Positions 61,007 to 64,000 of a DNA stretch of 64,000 nucleotides are shown here, one piece after another. Below the pieces are notes generated by a model that was not told where the DNA came from, made no database searches, and worked only from the letters and a program-made list of their open reading frames with translations. The first letter of the stretch is position 1; every line of letters begins with the position of its first letter. This DNA is from Bryobacterales bacterium (GTDB lineage: Bacteria; Acidobacteriota; Terriglobia; Bryobacterales; UBA6623): NCBI GenBank assembly GCA_963422375.2, contig CAXXKD010000001.1:256001-320000 (forward strand). Reading direction: 5' to 3'. Made by a program: the position numbers and the translations under genes.

Positions 61007-62523
61007 GGGAATTATATATCTGAGTGCCGAGGGAATCAAGTCGGCAAATTATTAAGCCATTATAAGATTTCATATTTCTTCCGACTTTCCGTTGACATTC
61101 TGTGGTGTTTCTTGGTAGAATAGTTCCAGTAGGGGATACCGTAAATGAAGAAATCAGGTCCCGGAAAGTGGTTCCGTAAAGGCATCACATTGATTGAAGT
61201 GATCGCCATGTTCCCCGATGACGAATCCGCGGAAAAGTGGTTCGCCTCCATGCGCTGGCCGGACGGTCCCGCGTGCCCCCACTGCCGCGGCTCCAGCGTG
61301 CAGTCCGACGCGGCCCACCCTTCGATGCCGTACCGTTGCCGCGGCTGCGGCAAGCGCTTTGCCGTGCGCACCGGCAGCGTGACGGCCGACACCAAGCTCG
61401 GCTACCGCACCCGGGCCGTCGCCCTGTTCCTGCTGACCACCGGCATCAAGGGCGTCTCCAGCATGAAGCTGCACCGCGACCCGGGCATCAGCCGGAAGTC
61501 GGCCTGGCACCTGGCGCACCGCATCCGCGCGTGCCGGGAGCGGGATCGGGGCCTGTTCGCCGGCCCGGCGGAGGTGGACGAGACCTGCGTCGGCGGCAAG
61601 GAGCGCAACAAGCACGAGAGCAAGAAGGCCCGCGCCGGGCGCGGGCCCGTTGGCAAGACGCCCGTGGCGGGGGCGCGGGACCGCGCCACGAACGCAGTGG
61701 CCGCGCGGCCGCTGCCGGGCACCGCCAAGGGCGACCTGCAGGGCTTCGTGCGCGGCCGCGTCGCGCCGGGGGCGCAGCTCCGCTCCGACGAGGCGGCGGC
61801 CTACGCCGGCATGGCGGAGTTCGCGCACGAAGCCGTCAGGCACTCCGGCGGCGAGTACGTGCGCGGGGCGGCGCATACGAACGGCATCGAGTCGTTTGGG
61901 TCCCTGTTCAAGCGCGGCCTGTACGGCACCTATCACCGGATGAGCGTCCGTCATCTCGGCCGCTACCTCACGGAGTTCGCGGGACGGTACAACGACCGCA
62001 ACTGCGACACGGCGGAACAGATGCGGCGCATGGCGCGGGGCTTGGTCGGCCGGACGCTGACCTATCGGCAGCTGACCGGCAAGGCCGCGGTCGCGGCCTG
62101 AGCGGCGCCCGCCGCGCTGAGCGCGGCAGCCCGCTGCGGGCGCGCGCTTCACGCTCGGTGCGCTTCACGCTCGGTGCGAGGGTCGCACCGGATCCGGCAT
62201 GCCCCGGTGCGACCCCGGTCCGGCCCGGACCGTCCATGCAGGCCGTCGAGCGCCGGGGATCCGCTGTCTTCGGCCCTCGCAGGGCCTGCAAGCGGCTTGC
62301 AAGGGGTGCCCTGCCACCGCCAACCGGGTTCCACCGGGGCATGCGAGGTGGCCTCTCTAGTCCGTTCCTCGTCCAATCCGCTGGCAGGCTCGATTCAGAT
62401 ACGATCCCACCCCTCCGTGCCTGCCGCGGCCGCACTCGAATGACCCGAGCTCGACACCGACCTCCCTGCTCAGAGCAGTTCTCGTCGGACATGGCGTCGT
62501 CGGCACTCAGATATATAATTCCC
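61007..62523 (+). mobile_element. Complete IS1595-family element
   Basis: Perfect 24-bp TIR GGGAATTATATATCTGAGTGCCGA; 8-bp TSD AAAAAGAA at 60999-61006 and 62524-62531. Confidence 0.96.
61145..62101 (+). CDS. IS1595 transposase
   Basis: CPHC/CRGC Zn finger, KGVSSMKLHRD, EVDET, SDE, HTNGIES, YLTEFAGRYN. Confidence 0.93.
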   Translation: MKKSGPGKWFRKGITLIEVIAMFPDDESAEKWFASMRWPDGPACPHCRGSSVQSDAAHPSMPYRCRGCGKRFAVRTGSVTADTKLGYRTRAVALFLLTTGIKGVSSMKLHRDPGISRKSAWHLAHRIRACRERDRGLFAGPAEVDETCVGGKERNKHESKKARAGRGPVGKTPVAGARDRATNAVAARPLPGTAKGDLQGFVRGRVAPGAQLRSDEAAAYAGMAEFAHEAVRHSGGEYVRGAAHTNGIESFGSLFKRGLYGTYHRMSVRHLGRYLTEFAGRYNDRNCDTAEQMRRMARGLVGRTLTYRQLTGKAAVAA

Positions 62524-63458
62524 AAAAAGAAGGCCCGATTCTTGACGATCGGGCCTCCGATCGTCGCGCCGGGTACGTTGCGTCGCAGCTTGGTCTTGCT
62601 CTTCGCATCCCACCCGCGGGCATTGAGGGAGTCGTTGCGAATGAACCAGTAGCCCGAGCCATGGAACTCGTTCGTCCCGGACTTGGTGGTCGCGTGCATG
62701 AAGCCTGCCGCGGAGCGCCCGTACTCGGCGGTCGGGGCGTTCGCCTCTACGCGCACCTCGGAGATGGCGTCGACCGGCGGGCTCAGCTCGGTGATGGTCG
62801 CGCCGATCCCGGTGCGGCTGTTCACCACGCCGTCGATGAACACTCCCGCCGACCGCGTGCGTCCGCCGGCGATCGTCACGTCGCCGCCGCCGGCGCGGTT
62901 GCTGTTGCGCATGCGCTGCGCTCCCGGTGTCAGGTCGATCAGGTCGAACACCTCGCGGTTGACTAGCGGAAGCTCCAGCACGCGCTTGTTCTCCACCACG
63001 GCCGCGAGCGACCCGCGGGACGTCTCCACCAAGGAGCTGGCAGCCTCGACGGTCACGGTCTCGATGATGGCCCCGACCTGCAAAACGGCGTCGTACGTCA
63101 GGGCGCTGCCGACCTCAAGGCGCAAGTTGCTCACCTCGTGCGGGCGGAACCCGTCCGACTCCATGCGGATCGAGTACGATCCCGGACTGAGGTTCGGCAA
63201 GTAGTACGTGCCGTCCCCTTGCGTCTTGACCGAGCTGGATGTGCCTTGTTCCTCGTTGTGAATCTCGACCCGAACCCCGGGAATCACGGCTCCTGTGTCG
63301 TCGGTGGCCGTGCCTAGAATCGTGCCCAGCGTCTGGGCCGGCATTCGGACGGCCACTGGAGCGAGCGTGGCGAGCGCTAGGAGCGCCGCGACGGCGGGGC
63401 GCGCAGACATTCGGGATTCCTCCTCTCGGACCGGCCTGGCTGATGCGCCCGTAGGCTA

Positions 63459-63476
63459 CCCCCCCCCCCCCCCCCC
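63459..63476. repeat. Poly-C tract (18 nt; poly-G on the TonB gene strand)
   Basis: Homopolymer about 50 nt upstream of the TonB receptor start. Confidence 0.9.
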
Positions 63477-64000
63477 GGAACATGCTCCGATCAAGGGAAA
63501 CTCAATGCAAAGGGCTCGAATCCGGCTCCGAATCGGTCCGAATCAGTCGAAACGGCCCGATAGCTTGAGCGTGCCGCCCGCCAATTGGGGCCGGAGGCCG
63601 GGCGCAGGTGTCCACTGTCGCGCCCCCTGGCGCACAGGCAGCCGGCTTGGAGCGGATCCGTCCGAGTCCGCCGTAACTCCGAGCGAAAGTCGTTCAGCAG
63701 GCCATAGGCTCCCCCCAATCCCGACAGGTCGAAGAGAGGCCCATCAAGCTGCCTGGACGAGCTTTCGGGCTATCGAGGGCTGGGGCATTGGCTCGCCGAT
63801 GTTGCTAATCGGCGCAGGTGCCCGCAGTTCTACCGACTGTCTTACGTGCGTCCACCTGCCTGCGGTGCTGCGTCTCGCCAAACCGAGGCCCTAGTCTAGT
63901 GCTTGTGACAAAACTTCTGAATTTTGGCCTGATCAGCATTTCATACTACATCCTGATGTCGGATGGATCTCCAAACACAATATATAGGGATCAAGGTCGG

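Larger units (their letters stand above)
58691..63410 (-). pseudogene. Oar-like TonB-dependent receptor, split by IS1595 and frameshifted
   Basis: N-part 63410-62524 (signal peptide, DDTGAVIPG, TKSGTNEFHG). It resumes after the IS with shifts near 60320, 60015 and 59270, and ends EMQLGLKLYF. Confidence 0.92.

Noticed and set aside
61968..63410. 480-aa ORF as a novel fusion protein
   Set aside because: TonB receptor N-terminus reading into the IS end by chance

Overview
High-GC bacterial chromosomal window. The gene content (Oar-type TonB receptors, DUF1501/DUF1553 proteins, several sulfatases) suggests Acidobacteriota, possibly host-associated; this is inference. Housekeeping genes are intact: ychF, proS, a class A PBP, etfAB, fabF-acpP, hpt, lspA-lgt, leuCD and ispDF. 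Also present are a soxCD-like pair, a gamma-glutamyltransferase, two intact sulfatases, a TonB receptor, and a DUF1553-DUF1501-DUF3311-symporter-GT4 cluster. Accessory DNA is decaying: an IS1595-truncated ABC-ATPase plus TOPRIM (DUF4276) pair at the left end, a low-GC islet (~10.8-12.8 kb), a frameshifted sulfatase, a 7-kb pile of IS relics around an Rpn nuclease gene (49.3-56.3 kb), and a second TonB receptor split by a complete IS1595 (24-bp TIRs, 8-bp TSD). The strongest leads are the Rpn gene with a broken long form but an intact putative internal antitoxin ORF, the ATPase-TOPRIM defence-like pair, a rod-like RNA candidate upstream of an HNH-HAD pair, and the uncharacterised DUF1553/DUF1501-symporter-GT4 module. 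No rRNA, tRNA or CRISPR array was seen by eye. All family assignments come from motif recognition, not database searches.
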